DNA of 64,000 nt from NCBI RefSeq assembly GCF_028641065.1, contig NC_073414.1, positions 1,426,001 through 1,490,000 of the forward strand. Direction: 5' to 3'. The translations under genes and the position numbers were made by a program. Below the pieces are notes generated by a model that was given only the letters and a program-made list of their open reading frames with translations, made no database searches and was not told where the DNA came from. Positions 63,569 through 64,000 of this stretch are shown one piece after another. The DNA is from Leucoraja erinacea. Taxonomy: Eukaryota. The first letter of the stretch is position 1. Every line of letters starts with the position of its first letter.

Positions 63569-64000
63569 CAGGGAACTGAATATGTTTCAGCCCCTTGACC
63601 GATGGGCAGCGAGTTGGAGGAGTTTCCTGACCGTTGGACAAAGAGGCTTCAGTTTGACTTTGAGGAGGTGGTCTGGCCCCTACACGCCTGTGCTGGAGGA
63701 GGGTGGACAATGGCGGGTCTCCCCCCCTCCCCCCCTTCCCCTCCCCCTTCAATGGTCCACAGACGTGAGATGGGAAAGATGATTGTGGGGGGGGGGGAGT
63801 AATGGGGCTTTCTATTGTTCAAGTTAATGCCTTGGTTCCCAAGGACATCTCCAAGATGGGGCCAAACCCAGTGACCACTTGCGCGCTGGCCACTGAACCA
63901 GATCGACAATCGCATCTTACAATCGCTCCACACTCTTATATCTCTACTCATACAGTAACATTTCTTCTGGCTTTACCTAGCAGTGAACTATCTTCCCTTA

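Overview
Vertebrate (not prokaryotic) genomic DNA, most likely from an elasmobranch (skate/ray/shark), judged by the dense HE1-type V-SINEs and HER1-type CR1 LINE 3' fragments; eight N-gaps are present. Four protein-coding genes can be read from the sequence: a G2A/GPR132-like GPCR (minus, ~9.9-11.0 kb; probably the GPR184 paralogue), an adenosine-receptor-like GPCR with an intronless CDS (minus, 35.1-36.1 kb), a 4-exon OVO-like zinc-finger gene (plus, 43.5-49.4 kb; OVOL3 by synteny) and the 6-exon RNA polymerase II subunit POLR2I/RPB9 (minus, 52.3-61.2 kb) with a CpG-island promoter. An orphan, frameshifted DEGS-like terminal exon lies just beyond that promoter. Most other sequence is transposon debris: HE1 SINE, HER1/CR1, Rex1/Babar, L2, an RTE-like LINE, Harbinger-type MITEs and many Penelope-like element (PLE) fragments. 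The most striking non-genic signal is that the short PLE terminal repeats carry a minimal hammerhead-ribozyme motif (CTGAAGA-A-GGGT-NNCG-RCCC-GAAAC-GTY). Fold-back inversions and 66-bp tandem arrays are anchored on this motif. Gene names rest on recalled family motifs and were not checked by database search; repeat boundaries are approximate.
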